64,000 nucleotides of DNA, taken from positions 7,472 to 71,471 of the forward strand of contig JAJZZH010000105.1 of NCBI GenBank assembly GCA_021797675.1, in the 5' to 3' direction. A program made the translations under genes and the position numbers. The stretch comes from Bacillota bacterium (GTDB lineage: Bacteria; Bacillota; Sulfobacillia; Sulfobacillales; Sulfobacillaceae). The first letter of the stretch is position 1, and the number at the start of each line of letters is the position of its first letter. Shown in pieces: positions 1 to 10,823 of the stretch. The notes beneath the pieces are model-generated. The model did not search any database. It was given only the letters and a program-made list of their open reading frames with translations, and was not told the DNA's origin.

Positions 1-276
1 TGGGGATTCCCTTCTACCGGCGGTTGTCCCCATGCTTTGGAGCCATGGTGGGGATTCCCTTCTACCGGCGGTGGTCCCCATGCTTTGGAGCCATGGTGGG
101 GATTCCCTTCTACCGGCGGTTGTCCCCATGCTTTGGGGTCAAGCTGGGGATTCCCTTCTACCGGCGGTTGTCCCCATGCTTTGGAGCCATGGTGGGGATT
201 CCCCATCCATGCTCTGGGGTCATTGTGGATACCGCTCCTACCGTCGCATGTCCTACCGGCGGTTGTCCAGCGGAGG
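1..276. repeat. 48-bp tandem repeat array (unit tggggattcccttctaccggcggttgtccccatgctttggagccatgg), 4 full copies plus degenerate partial copies; may continue upstream of the window
   Basis: Direct reading: units at 1-48, 49-96, 97-144, 145-192 with 1-6 nt variants, then partial copies to ~276. There are no unique spacers, so it is not CRISPR-like. Confidence 0.85.
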
Positions 277-543
277 GCGTTCCACAGGCTGTCATTGAGC
301 AGTCAAGCTTACACCGGAACCGGTTGAAAGCACCCCACCAAACTCTCGGCCAACCCGGGGAAAACGCGGTGGAAGTGTGGCACCGGGCGTTTGGGGGAGG
401 TCTCCATCGACGCAAGTTAACTGAAGTTAAAAAATAATGTCCGCAAGTGAATCGTTTCAGGAAGGAATTTAGAAAAGCACGGAGAATTCCCGATATCAGG
501 TTGAAACGCTTCACTATCTGACAGCGAGGAGTCGAGGTGCGGG

Positions 544-1584
544 ATGGAAAAGATTACGCGTGCGGTGAAAATTCAAGAAGTAGCCAAGGCGGCGCAAGTG
601 TCCATCGCCACCGTCTCGTACGTCATGAACGGACGCGGCCATATTTCCCAGGAGACCCGGGAACGTGTGCTAAAGACCGCGGAGCGCCTGGGATACAAGC
701 CGAATTCGGCAGGGCGCGCGTTGGCTTCGCAACGCGGCCATGCGGTCGGGGTGATCTTGCCGATGGGCTCCAGCCTCCTGGACAGCATGATGGTTAACGT
801 CATGGCTGGCCTGGCGGACCATCTCCGCACGCACGCTTACGACTTGGTCCTATTTGCCTCCCAGTCGACCATCGCCGACACGTTGTCCGTGGTCTTCGAT
901 GCGCTTAAGACCAAGCGAATCAATGGCGTCGTATGCCTAGACCGGCGATCGCGCGACGTCGTGATTAGTGCGGTGCACGAAGCCGAAGTACCCATCGTTT
1001 GGCTGGGCCAGGTTCCCGACGAGGCCTGGGTGGATTTGGACCGCTACCGGGGCGGGCGCATCGCCACCCAATATTTGTTAGGGCTTGGTCACCACAGCAT
1101 CGTACACCTGGCGTTAAACAGCTCAGAGGGCCGCCTAATCCGCCAAGGATTCGAAGACGCCATGCGCGAGGTTTTGCCCTCTGACCGGGTGGTCGTCGAA
1201 GAGACCGATGGGACCATCGCCGGCGGCTATCAGGCGATGCACCGGCTCGGACTTTCGGGATTTCGCGCCACCGCCGTGTTTGCGGCCAGCAATTCGTTGG
1301 CCGAAGGCGTGTTACGGGCGGCGGGAGAACTCGGCCTGGCAGTGCCCCAGCAGCTTTCCGTGGTCGGCTTCGGTGACGCGGCACTCGTCGGGCATACCAT
1401 CCCGCCGTTGACCACGGTAATTTCCGACGGCTATGCCCTGGGGGTGCTCCTCGCCGAAGTCGCCTTGGACCGGGTGGACACCAACCGGGTGCGCGGGGCG
1501 TCGAGCGTGCCCTCCTTGCACGTCGGCGCCAGCTGTGCGCCGGCTGGCCACTATGAAACCCCGGGCCATTCGGCGGACCTCGAA
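544..1584 (+). CDS. LacI-family transcriptional regulator (HTH plus periplasmic-binding-like sugar sensor domain); no stop codon before the downstream debranching-enzyme domain
   Basis: N-terminus IQEVAKAAQVSIATVSYVMNG is a classic LacI HTH, followed by about 330 aa of PBP-like fold. It is the first ~347 codons of ORF 544..3603. Confidence 0.8.
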
Positions 1585-3603
1585 ATGATTAAGCGCGGGT
1601 GCACCTTCGCGATTTTTTCCCATCAGGCGACCATCGATCCCCTGCATCCCGGCAGCGGTCTGTTTGACGGGGATACGCGTCTGGTCCATCTCTACCGCGC
1701 GTATGCGGATGACGTTCTCCTGCGGCCCATTGCCGTGGAGCGCGACATACACCGCTTGACGTGGTCTTATGTCGTGCAGCATGCGGGATTTACCCGGCAC
1801 TTGCGTCGAACGCTCAGCCTATTTCCGGACCATTGGGAAGACACCTGGCAGTGGCGCCACTATGGGCAAAGCCCGTCGGAATGGCAATTGGCGATTCAAG
1901 TCGGCTGCGACTTTCGCGATGTGTTTGAGCTGCGCGGGGTGACGGCGAGAGACCACGGCCCGGTCGGTCTTGACCACCGGGAGGAACCGAGCCGCTATGG
2001 CTACGAAGGCCTGGATGGCATTGAGCGGTCGGTGGAGATCGAGGCTTCGCGCCCCCCGGGGGACTGGCAGGGAGACCATATTCGCTGGACGATCGGCGCC
2101 CAGGAGCCATCGGGTTCGCTAACCCTTCGGGTTTCCTGGCAAAATCCGGCGGTGCTCGCGCCGATGCGCAATCCGGTCGAAGATGCGGTGCCCTGGCCCA
2201 CCATCGAAACCAACCGACTGGATTGGAAAGCTGTCCTGGATCAGTCGTGCCAAGACCTGCGGTTGCTGCTTACCGATTTTGGCCAAGGCCCCGTATTGAT
2301 GGCGGGGCTACCTTGGTTCGGGACCTTGTTTGGGCGCGATGCGGTGCTGTCGGCGATGGAACTCCTCGAATGGGTGCCGACGGTGGCGGAGAACACGGTG
2401 GCAACCCTGGCCGCCTGGCAAGGAGCCCAAAACTTGCCCGACCGGGAAGAGGAGCCGGGAAAAATCCTTCACGAGATGCGACTCGGCGAATGGGCCAATC
2501 GTGGCATGGTACCCTTCGGACGCTACTACGGCTCAGTCGATGTAACGCCCCTATATATCAGTCTGTTGGCGGAGACCTGGCGGCGATCGGGGGATGATGC
2601 CTGGGCCAGCCTGTATTTGCCCGCCGCGCGGGCGGCTGCCGATTGGCTCGATCGCCAACGCTCCAAAGAGTGGAATCACCGTGTGGTGCGATTCGAACCG
2701 CTGGCTAGCGGAGGGCTTACCGTTCAATCCTGGAAAGATTCCGCGGACTCGATGGTGTACCCGGATGGACAGCGGGCCAATCCGCCCCTGGCGGTGGCTG
2801 AGGTGCAAGGGTATATCTATCAAGCACTCAAACATATGGCATGGATGCTGAGACAGGCCGGCGAGAACGCAACGGCTGAGCGCCTTGATCAGCAGGCATC
2901 CCGACTCCGGGAAAATTTTCATGACATTTTTTGGCAAGAAGCCCAACGCTATTATGCGATGGCCATTGACGGCGAGGGCAAGCCGCTTGACGTGCTGAGC
3001 TCCGACCCTGGGCACTGCCTGTGGACGGGCATCGTGCCCCCAGCGTTTCGTGCCGATGTGGTTCGCCGGCTAGTTGGCCATGCGTTGTTTAGCGGTTGGG
3101 GAATCCGCACCCTGGGGAGCGGGGAAGTGGCTTACGACCCCTATAGCTACCACCGAGGCAGCGTATGGCCGCACGACACGGCGATTGCGGTCGCCGGGAT
3201 GGCGCGGGCGGGCGCGCTCAACGAGGCGGCCCGGGTCGGCCAGGGGCTAATCGATGCCGCGTATCGCTTGCCTAACCACCGCTTGCCCGAACTCTTCGCC
3301 GGCGAAGGACGGGACGTGGCCGCGAGTCAGCCGTCGGTCTATCCTTCTGCCTGTGTACCCCAAGCTTGGGCGGCGGGCAGCCCGTGGCTGATTTTGCAGA
3401 GTTTGATGGGGCTCAGGATAGACGGCAGAGCGAAAGAGATTGCCATCCATCCCCTGCCAGCGGTCTTGCAGGATGTCTGGTTTCACATTGATGGTCTCGG
3501 TTTGACGTCGCAGGCGTCCATCTCACTGCGCGTTGACACCGAGCGGGCGACGGTGGACGGATTACCCCCGGACTGGACGATAAAGGGGGTGGTAGGCGGG
3601 TGA
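1585..3603 (+). CDS. Glycogen debranching enzyme-like protein (bacterial GDE_N domain plus amylo-alpha-1,6-glucosidase GDE_C domain), in frame with the upstream LacI ORF
   Basis: Internal Met MIKRGCTFAIFSHQ...GLFDGDTRLVHLY matches the GDE_N start. PVLMAGLPWFGTLFGRDAVLS...GSVWPHDTAIAV matches amylo-alpha-1,6-glucosidase. ATG at 1585 is in frame with 544. Confidence 0.75.
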   Translation: MIKRGCTFAIFSHQATIDPLHPGSGLFDGDTRLVHLYRAYADDVLLRPIAVERDIHRLTWSYVVQHAGFTRHLRRTLSLFPDHWEDTWQWRHYGQSPSEWQLAIQVGCDFRDVFELRGVTARDHGPVGLDHREEPSRYGYEGLDGIERSVEIEASRPPGDWQGDHIRWTIGAQEPSGSLTLRVSWQNPAVLAPMRNPVEDAVPWPTIETNRLDWKAVLDQSCQDLRLLLTDFGQGPVLMAGLPWFGTLFGRDAVLSAMELLEWVPTVAENTVATLAAWQGAQNLPDREEEPGKILHEMRLGEWANRGMVPFGRYYGSVDVTPLYISLLAETWRRSGDDAWASLYLPAARAAADWLDRQRSKEWNHRVVRFEPLASGGLTVQSWKDSADSMVYPDGQRANPPLAVAEVQGYIYQALKHMAWMLRQAGENATAERLDQQASRLRENFHDIFWQEAQRYYAMAIDGEGKPLDVLSSDPGHCLWTGIVPPAFRADVVRRLVGHALFSGWGIRTLGSGEVAYDPYSYHRGSVWPHDTAIAVAGMARAGALNEAARVGQGLIDAAYRLPNHRLPELFAGEGRDVAASQPSVYPSACVPQAWAAGSPWLILQSLMGLRIDGRAKEIAIHPLPAVLQDVWFHIDGLGLTSQASISLRVDTERATVDGLPPDWTIKGVVGG

Positions 3604-3764
3604 AACCGGAATGACCGCGTGGGCGCGCAGGGGACGAATCCGCCGTCGACCAGGATGCCGGAACCCGCAGAGAAGAATAGTCACGCATGCAAACGGGGCC
3701 TTCGCAAACGGTCCAATCGATGTCGCAGCTTTTCGACCAAGTCATTCCATTAAAGGAGGTAACG

Positions 3765-5051
3765 ATGATGATGCGTTGGACGAAGACCGGCCTGCCGATC
3801 GCCTTATCGGCGGCCATGACGGGAAGTTTGATGTTTCTGCCCGGGGTCACTCAAGCCCAAGGAGCACCGGTGACCCTCACCATTTCCACCTGGGATTCCG
3901 GCAGCGGGCTCGCCGCCTATCACAAGGGGATTGCCGCCTTTGAAAAGCTGCATCCCAACATCCGGGTGCAAATCGACAGCGTCTCCAGTCAATACTACGA
4001 GCCCAAATTGCTGACCCAATTGGCCAACGGCACCGGCCCCGACCTGATGCTGGTCGGGGACAGTCAAGTGCATGGGTTTGTTGCCAGCCACCAGCTGCTC
4101 AACCTCAATCCGATGCTCAGGCCTTATCATATCAATCCGAGCCATTTTTACAAGAGCGTGTGGCACGTCGGCATGCTGGGGGGCAAAGTCTATTTCGTTC
4201 CCAAGGACTGGTCCGACGAAGCGGTCCTGTACAACAAGACGATGTTCCAAAAGGCGCATTTGCCCTTCCCCAAGGCGGGCTGGACGTGGCAGCAGTTTGC
4301 GGCCGACGCCAAGAAACTTACCCTCGTCAAGAATGGGGTCACCGTGCAATATGGCGCCCAACTGCCGGGGACCTGGCTTCGGGCAGGAATCGAGGCGTTT
4401 GCCGGGGCGTGGGGCGGCCGTTTGATCAGTCCCAACGGCAAGACGGTCAATGGCTATCTCAATTCTCCCCAGACCAAGGCCGCGATTCGTTTCTTTCTGA
4501 ATTTGTACAATGTGGATCATGTGAGTCCGACCCCGACCCAGATGGCCGGCTATGGCAGTACGGACCTCTTTTTGACCAACCGGGTGGCGATGGAACCTAC
4601 GGGTCCGTGGAACGTCAGCCAGTACGAAGCCAAACCCGGTTTTCACTTCGGGGTGGCGCCGATGCCGCAGGGCCCCGCGCACAAGCCGTACACCATGATC
4701 TTCTGGGCCGGATGGGCGATCAACAAGCACACGCATCACCTGAAGCAGGCCAAGGCGCTGTTAGCGTTCTTTGCGTCGCCGACCTGGGCGAAAATTGATA
4801 GTCACTGGGCCATGCCGGGCCTGATTGACCGCTCGATTGTGGCGCAACAGGAGAAAAATCCGGGTCTAAAGCCTTTTTATGCGCAGGCCCCCCACGCCTT
4901 GCCGTTGGAGGTAACGGCTCCCTTGAACTGGGTGCAAGACGTGGAGCCAGCGTTGCAAACCATGATTGAGACGGCCACGGTCAATCCGCATACCAATCTC
5001 AACCAGTTGATCAACCAAACCGTGCGGAAGATCGACGCCAAGCTGAAGTAG
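3765..5051 (+). CDS. Sugar ABC transporter substrate-binding protein (solute-binding family 1) with signal peptide
   Basis: RBS aaaggagg 6 nt upstream of ATG. Signal sequence MMMRWTKTGLPIALSAAMTGSLMFLPGVTQAQG. Family-1 SBP-like sequence throughout. Confidence 0.85.
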   Translation: MMMRWTKTGLPIALSAAMTGSLMFLPGVTQAQGAPVTLTISTWDSGSGLAAYHKGIAAFEKLHPNIRVQIDSVSSQYYEPKLLTQLANGTGPDLMLVGDSQVHGFVASHQLLNLNPMLRPYHINPSHFYKSVWHVGMLGGKVYFVPKDWSDEAVLYNKTMFQKAHLPFPKAGWTWQQFAADAKKLTLVKNGVTVQYGAQLPGTWLRAGIEAFAGAWGGRLISPNGKTVNGYLNSPQTKAAIRFFLNLYNVDHVSPTPTQMAGYGSTDLFLTNRVAMEPTGPWNVSQYEAKPGFHFGVAPMPQGPAHKPYTMIFWAGWAINKHTHHLKQAKALLAFFASPTWAKIDSHWAMPGLIDRSIVAQQEKNPGLKPFYAQAPHALPLEVTAPLNWVQDVEPALQTMIETATVNPHTNLNQLINQTVRKIDAKLK

Positions 5052-5084
5052 CTGAAGAAGCATCATCGTCCAAAGAGGAGGGAA

Positions 5085-5110
5085 GGCCAGCCATCGGTCG
5101 ATGGCTGGCC
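5085..5110 (+). terminator. Perfect GC-rich stem-loop (ggccagccatcg...cgatggctggcc) between the SBP and permease genes; intra-operon attenuator or mRNA-stability hairpin
   Basis: 11-12 bp perfect inverted repeat read directly. No U-tract follows and the next gene starts 8 nt later. Confidence 0.5.
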
Positions 5111-5117
5111 GCATACC

Positions 5118-6050
5118 ATGGCAAGTCTCCATCCGGCTGCCTCGCAGGCCCAACCCCGGCGAAAACGCATGTCGTTGGCCGCCCAGCGCCAGCGCCTTTT
5201 CTACTGGCTGATTTCTCCGTGGATCTTTGGCTTCTTGGCGTTTGTCCTCGGGCCCATGGTATTCTCGGCGTATCTCAGCCTGACGCGCTGGAACTTGCTC
5301 AACCGCCCCGTCTTTATCGGTCTTGGCAACTACCAGGCGATGTTCAAGGATCCGCTCTTTTGGCAATCGCTGAAAGTCACCACGATTTACGCATTGGTCA
5401 GCGTGCCTTTGACCATGGCGTTCGGACTGTTCTTGGCCGTGTTGCTGAATCAAAGAGTGCGAGGGCTTTCCATGTTTCGCACGATTTTTTACCTGCCCTC
5501 GGTCATTTCCGGGGTCGCGGTGGCGGAAGTGTTCATGTGGGTCTTTAATCCCCAATTTGGGGTGCTCAACGTGTTTTTGTCCTATCTCGGCATTCACGGC
5601 CCGGGGTGGATTTCGAGCCCAACCTGGGCCCTGCCGGCGCTCATTTTGATGAGCCTCTTTGGGGTGGGCGGCCCCATGATCATTTTCCTGGCCGGTCTGC
5701 AAAATGTGCCGCCGGCATTGCTTGAGGCCGCGTCGCTGGACGGCGCGAGCAACTGGCGGCGGTTTTGGACGGTCGTCATTCCCCTGTTGACGCCGACGAT
5801 TTTGTTCAATTTGGTTCTCTCGATCATCAACCAATTTCAAGTATTTACGCAGGCCTACGTGATGACTCAGGGGGGGCCGCTCAATGCCACGCTGTTTTAT
5901 GTGTACTACCTATTTGAGAACGCGTTTCAGTACTTGAATTTTGGGTACGCGGCGGCCATGGCCTGGATCCTCTTTTTCATTGTGCTGGGGTTGACGATGA
6001 TCGTCCTAGCGAGCTCTGGCCGGTGGGTCTTCTACCAAGGAGGCGAATAG
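5118..6050 (+). CDS. Carbohydrate ABC transporter permease (MalF/UgpA-like)
   Basis: Multi-TM protein with EAA-type motif region (LEAASLDGASNWRRFWTVVIPLLTP). Confidence 0.85.
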   Translation: MASLHPAASQAQPRRKRMSLAAQRQRLFYWLISPWIFGFLAFVLGPMVFSAYLSLTRWNLLNRPVFIGLGNYQAMFKDPLFWQSLKVTTIYALVSVPLTMAFGLFLAVLLNQRVRGLSMFRTIFYLPSVISGVAVAEVFMWVFNPQFGVLNVFLSYLGIHGPGWISSPTWALPALILMSLFGVGGPMIIFLAGLQNVPPALLEAASLDGASNWRRFWTVVIPLLTPTILFNLVLSIINQFQVFTQAYVMTQGGPLNATLFYVYYLFENAFQYLNFGYAAAMAWILFFIVLGLTMIVLASSGRWVFYQGGE

Positions 6051-6051
6051 C

Positions 6052-6894
6052 ATGCGCCGAACCGGCAGGCTTTCGGAATATGTCACCCAAGCGTTCACCT
6101 ATCTGGCGTTGCTCGTCTTTAGCCTGGGAATGCTGGTGCCATTCTTTTGGATGGTATCTTCGTCGCTTAAGCCGAACTATGACGTCTTTCAGTTTCCTCC
6201 GGTGTGGATTCCCCATCCGCTCCAATGGGGGAACTATCCCCGGGCGCTGACGTTTGTCCCATTCTTGCGCTTTTTTATCAACACCGGAATTATCGCCGGC
6301 GCCGTGCTCATCGGCACGTTGGTTTCGAATACGCTCATTGCCTATGCGTTTGCCCGCTTAGAAGCGAAAGGTCGAAATGTCCTGTTTTACCTCGTGTTGT
6401 CCACCATGATGCTCCCCTATGCCGTCACCATGGTGCCGCAATACGCAATTTTCTCGCGGCTTCACTGGGTCAACACCTTTTCGCCGCTCATTGTGCCCAG
6501 TTATTTCGGCAATCCCTTTTTCATCTTCCTGCTGCGCCAGTTTTTCATGGGGATCCCCAAGGAAATGGAAGACGCGGCAGCTCTCGATGGGGCCGGTGTG
6601 TTCGCCACCATCTGGCGAGTTATTCTTCCCATGAGCTGGCCAGCGATGGTAACGGTCTGCATTTTTTCCATTCAGGGGACCTGGAACGACTTTCTCGGCC
6701 CCCTGCTCTATCTCAACAAGGAATCCCTGTTCACCGTTCAGCTCGGACTTCAGTACTTTACCGGCCAATACACCGGCGGCTGGAACTTGCTGATGGCGGC
6801 CAGCACGGTGATCCTGGCGCCGATCCTGGTGCTGTTTTACTTTGGACAGCGGCTTTTCATCCGCGGCATTGTCGTCGGCGGACTGAAAGAATAG
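6052..6894 (+). CDS. Carbohydrate ABC transporter permease (MalG/UgpE-like)
   Basis: Motif EDAAALDGAGVFATIWRVILPMSWPAM. Starts 2 nt after the previous gene. Confidence 0.85.
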   Translation: MRRTGRLSEYVTQAFTYLALLVFSLGMLVPFFWMVSSSLKPNYDVFQFPPVWIPHPLQWGNYPRALTFVPFLRFFINTGIIAGAVLIGTLVSNTLIAYAFARLEAKGRNVLFYLVLSTMMLPYAVTMVPQYAIFSRLHWVNTFSPLIVPSYFGNPFFIFLLRQFFMGIPKEMEDAAALDGAGVFATIWRVILPMSWPAMVTVCIFSIQGTWNDFLGPLLYLNKESLFTVQLGLQYFTGQYTGGWNLLMAASTVILAPILVLFYFGQRLFIRGIVVGGLKE

Positions 6895-8371
6895 GACTGC
6901 GGCCCAACGTTAAGGACGACGGCGGATCCGGCGGCGGGGTGACCGTCGTCCGGATTCGTCGCTGGGCTGCTGGGAAAACGGCCCGCCATCCGCCAACGCG
7001 TGGGATTCCTCAATCCGGTGGAGCGGAGTCGGCTATCGACCTCCCGTTGCCGCGATCGGAGGTGTCCAAGGGACCGTGGATTCCGATCCGGCGACATGCG
7101 CTACAGGCCACCTGGGCGGCCACGCTGTCTACATAGGCCCAGGGCCGCCAAACATAGATGACCTCTCGGTGTCCGCACCAGCGTTGAACGAGGTGAGACG
7201 TTTGCGGCAGACCCGTGGGTCGACTGGGTCCGAAGGCGTCCTCGGCACCGACATGGGTTGGCATCATTTTGAGCGATTGAATCGTACTTCGACCTCCTCG
7301 TCTATCGCCCGCCAGCGATTAACCGTTGGTGCGACGTATTACCGGTGGCACGCCCGCCGAGGGGCTTGTCACCTTGGCTTTACCAAAAATAACGTCAGCC
7401 CAGGGAAAAAGGTTACACCCATCCCTGAAAATTGCGGTCGGGATACCACGCTGGGATATCGTGGGCCGGGCAACCGCACGTACGCGGCCCGCAGTAGGCA
7501 GGAATACGGGTGGTGTGGAGCCTTGGATTGTCTGTCCTCGGCCAACCCCTGAGGTCCGAGGGTTGGCACTAACGCTGTTTGTGATCACTTCGGCCGTTCG
7601 CAGCGGTCATTAGATCCGAACGACCGTAGGACGAAAAAATCGGCAGTCTCGCGCGATGCGATGGATGGACTGCTGTGCACCGTCGCTCGCGGGCCTCCAT
7701 GATATTGCCGCCAGAACGCTGCGTTGGAGGACCCCGGCCCCCTTGCCTCGAAGTCCCGAGCCATCCCAATCCGGTGACGGCAAAGCCACCCTTACCCAAC
7801 CGCCGCGATGGTCCACCGCAGTGCAACGGAGGGACCGGGGTAGGGGGCGATGGCGCTCGGTGCGTTCCGGGTCACCCTGCTGTGCCGCACCGACTCCATC
7901 ACAACGGTTGCGGGCTGAAGGCGAGAGGTCGACGCCCTTCATGTTCGGGGCGCGAAGCCGTCCTGTATAATCAAAACGGCGGGCATGGGCTAGAACGCAG
8001 GCTGGCCCATGCATCCGAGGTGCGCGGACGTGGTATTGCGCACTGGTACAAAGGTCTGTGGCGTGGTCGGGTGGCCCTCAGGAAGACAGGATACTTCGAC
8101 ATCGACGACGGCACGGGAAAACGGATCGGTCAGGGCATATCGGCCAAGTATTGCCGACTACTTCCAAGGGTTAACGGATGGCAACAGGAAAGGATTTCGG
8201 CCGACGCCGGTGCCGCGCTCCCTCCCCATGGATACATCCAGGGGCTTGCGCGCGGCAATTTTGGTGAACGCGTGGATCATGGGGATCACGACGCCGTCTT
8301 CATGTGCTGGAGAAGGGAGGAAGCGGTGTTTCCTCCGGCCTGAACATCGGGGGGCCTCGCGCTGCAACGCG

Positions 8372-8974
8372 ATGGAGGGATATTTTTCTAGACTAGGCCC
8401 AATATGGCAATTTTTAGGGACCCTCATCACGGTCGTTGAATTGAATCTTCTTTGGGTGGTATCGTCGATCCCGGTGATTACCATTGTTCCAGCCACTATG
8501 GCGTTGGTCCAATCGATTGATGATTGGACCGCACATCAAACCGAGCCTTCCGCCCTAGGGTTTATTCGGCACGCGTTCCGTGGAGCAAAGCGCAGCTACC
8601 GGGTTGGTCTCCCGGTGCTGCTGATAGGAGCGCTGCTGGTCTGCGAAGAGCTGTTTTTCCTACACCAAAGAGGCCTCGCTGCCGGGTTGCTATTGGGCTT
8701 GGTGTCGGGTTTTTCCCTCTGCTTTCTCGCCTTGCTGCCGTGGATCTTTCCTATCGCCGTGTTGCATCCCAGTCTTCCCCCCCACCAGACCTACCTCTAT
8801 GCGGTGAGGTATGCCTGGGCGCATTCGTGGACGGATGGTTTGCTGATGAGCCTATGGTTGATGGGGTTGGCGCTGTCGGTCTTCATTCCGTTCTTGGTTA
8901 TCGTCATCGTTCCGGTTAGCGTAGTGACCGGCAGTTATTGGTTGATCAGGCGAGTGGCCGGGGAAGCGCTTTAA
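8372..8974 (+). CDS. DUF624 (YesL-like) membrane protein
   Basis: MEGYFSRLGPIWQFLGTLITVVELNLLWVV... resembles YesL-family proteins, which commonly accompany sugar ABC systems. Start chosen at an internal Met of ORF 8009..8974. Confidence 0.6.
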   Translation: MEGYFSRLGPIWQFLGTLITVVELNLLWVVSSIPVITIVPATMALVQSIDDWTAHQTEPSALGFIRHAFRGAKRSYRVGLPVLLIGALLVCEELFFLHQRGLAAGLLLGLVSGFSLCFLALLPWIFPIAVLHPSLPPHQTYLYAVRYAWAHSWTDGLLMSLWLMGLALSVFIPFLVIVIVPVSVVTGSYWLIRRVAGEAL

Positions 8975-9207
8975 TGGCCGTAAAGCCTGTCTAATGCCGC
9001 GGCGGTGGCGACGTGGGACGGTTTGCTGAGCCAGGCGGCGGACCGGAATGCTGAACCAAACGAGCCACGAACAAGGCTCGGAGGTATGGAAGAACCGCAC
9101 CCGGTGCCAGACGTCTTCCCAAAAGGCTTCCGACGGGCTTGGTTGTTTGACAGGCCCGACGGCCCTTCTTGCCTAGCACTGGGTCCGGGGCCGCAAGCTG
9201 ATCGTCT

Positions 9208-9700
9208 TCATCCCCCTAGCGCCCCAAGGCTTCCGATCGGACATGCTGCGCAGAATCGGCTTCCGGGCGCGTCGTGGCGACATCGCGCGCGGCAATCATC
9301 CCCGAGGTCGGCTCCGTCGGCGCGGGCGCGCCGTCGGGCACCGCTCGGCGCTCTCGGAGGGTGGGGAAGACGCACCGTGCCGTTCCAACTTGCGACCAAA
9401 CACCTGCCGAGCCAATCGCGCGATCTTGGTCCGGGCGGCGTCCAACTGACCGCGCAACGCCCGGTTCTCTTAGCGGAGACGGCGAATTTCGGCCAAGAGC
9501 GTATCGTGCGCCAGGGCGCAATCCTGGACCGTGGTGCGCAGGCCTTCCACTTCCTGCCGCCATCCTGGCCCAGGCTGGCCTGTATCGGTGGCGTTCCGGG
9601 TTCCGATCTCGGCCTGCGAAGCGGACCGCTCGCCATCCGAGACGAACGGGCCGTCGAGGTTGCAACTATCGCGTGTCATAGCGGTAGCGTAACCCCGTTC
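9208..9700 (-). pseudogene. IS66-family transposase N-terminal remnant (leucine-zipper region) interrupted by an in-frame TAA
   Basis: Minus-strand reading ...LLAEIRRLR*ENRALRGQLDAARTKIARLARQVFGRKLERHGASSPP... matches the conserved IS66 TnpC N-terminus (AEN..LR.QL....FGRKSER). No DDE domain follows. Confidence 0.4.
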
Positions 9701-9955
9701 GGCCCCCGAGTCCAGGTCGATTACGCGCCGTGGTGGAGCCGGATCGCGGTTGAGGGCGCATTGTCGTGGTCTAGCGTCGGCTAATGCACCCGGGAACGCT
9801 CTAGCGCCCCCTTACGGTTCTCAGATACCCTGCGAAAAGGCCACATAATCTCCTTCATTTAACGAGACATTTCGATACCAATTTACCGGGTTACCGAGTA
9901 GGGAGCTGGCCCCGTGGTTTAGGAGGATTGTCGCTCCGTTGGCCGCCCCTTTCGG

Positions 9956-10480
9956 TTGGCGGTGCCTCAGTACGCCCCCATGCCCGGTTTCCAGCAACCA
10001 GAGTGGTTAATCGCCTTATGGGGCCGCTGGAAGCAAGAAAATGGGTTTAAACTGCTCGTCCAAGACTACGGCGTGAATCATTTTGGGGATCGGGACACCA
10101 CGGTATTGGAAAAGCGATGGCCTGCTGCGCCCCGAAACAAGCCCACCCACACCCGTTGGGCCAAGTTACAAGCGAAACTCACGGAGGTGGTGACCGCCTA
10201 TGAGGCCGCCCCGGAAACCGTCCCGTTATGGGATCTGGTCCCCGAAGACCGCCGGCGTGCCTTCACCTTTCACAATAAAGCCTTTCAAGATGGCTGTCGC
10301 ATTATCGCGATCAATGGAGAGCATTGGCTGCGCCAACGCGTGACGGCGATTTACCCGAATCCTCGCCATGAACGGGTGCTGATGCGATGGCTCCTGCGCG
10401 CTCGGGGATCCTTCAGCTATCGCGAGACCACCCTGTGGGTCGAATTGGAGCGTCCACCGCGGGCCCGCGGGCTCGAGTGA
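9956..10480 (+). pseudogene. IS4-like DDE transposase C-terminal fragment
   Basis: ALWGRWKQENGFKLL matches the IS4-family Y..RW.IE..FK motif that carries the catalytic E. No upstream DDE portion is present. Confidence 0.4.
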
Positions 10481-10823
10481 TCGAGGAGCTCTTGGCGGAG
10501 TTGAACGCGGAAGATCCCCGGCATCCTGCCGATCCGAACGTACATGTCCGGTTCACTCTCAGAGCCTTACGACCGTTGAAATTTTCAGTTAAACGCTAAC
10601 CGGGGAAGTCTGTGACTAGATACCACACAACTTGTTCAGGGTCCAGAAAAAAACGAAGGGCTGACGACATATTTTGGCCTATTTTCTTGGGGGAAGACGT
10701 TGAGGTTGAGGGGTATACCTAAATAAAGAGACACCAGAACCATATCCGCCGGTGCCCCCTTGCGACGCGGAAACATTGCTGACCCCTGGAAGCCCTGGGA
10801 CGTCAAGTCTTGAATCCTGCTGG

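Noticed and set aside
1-276. Possible CRISPR array (also for 43469-43622)
   Set aside because: The 48-bp units are directly adjacent with no unique spacers, copies within an array are near-identical, and no cas genes are present. These are simple tandem repeats.
24-437. 137-aa ORF with repeated peptide SPCFGAMVGIPFYRR read through the tandem array (a similar ORF reads through the second array)
   Set aside because: Open frames are expected through any tandem repeat. There is no RBS, the composition is biased, and three overlapping frames are open at once, so it is almost certainly noncoding.
9005-9784. 259-aa plus-strand ORF and overlapping Arg-rich ORFs
   Set aside because: Arg/Pro/Gly-rich with no motifs. 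The only homology signal in this interval is the minus-strand IS66 N-terminal remnant.
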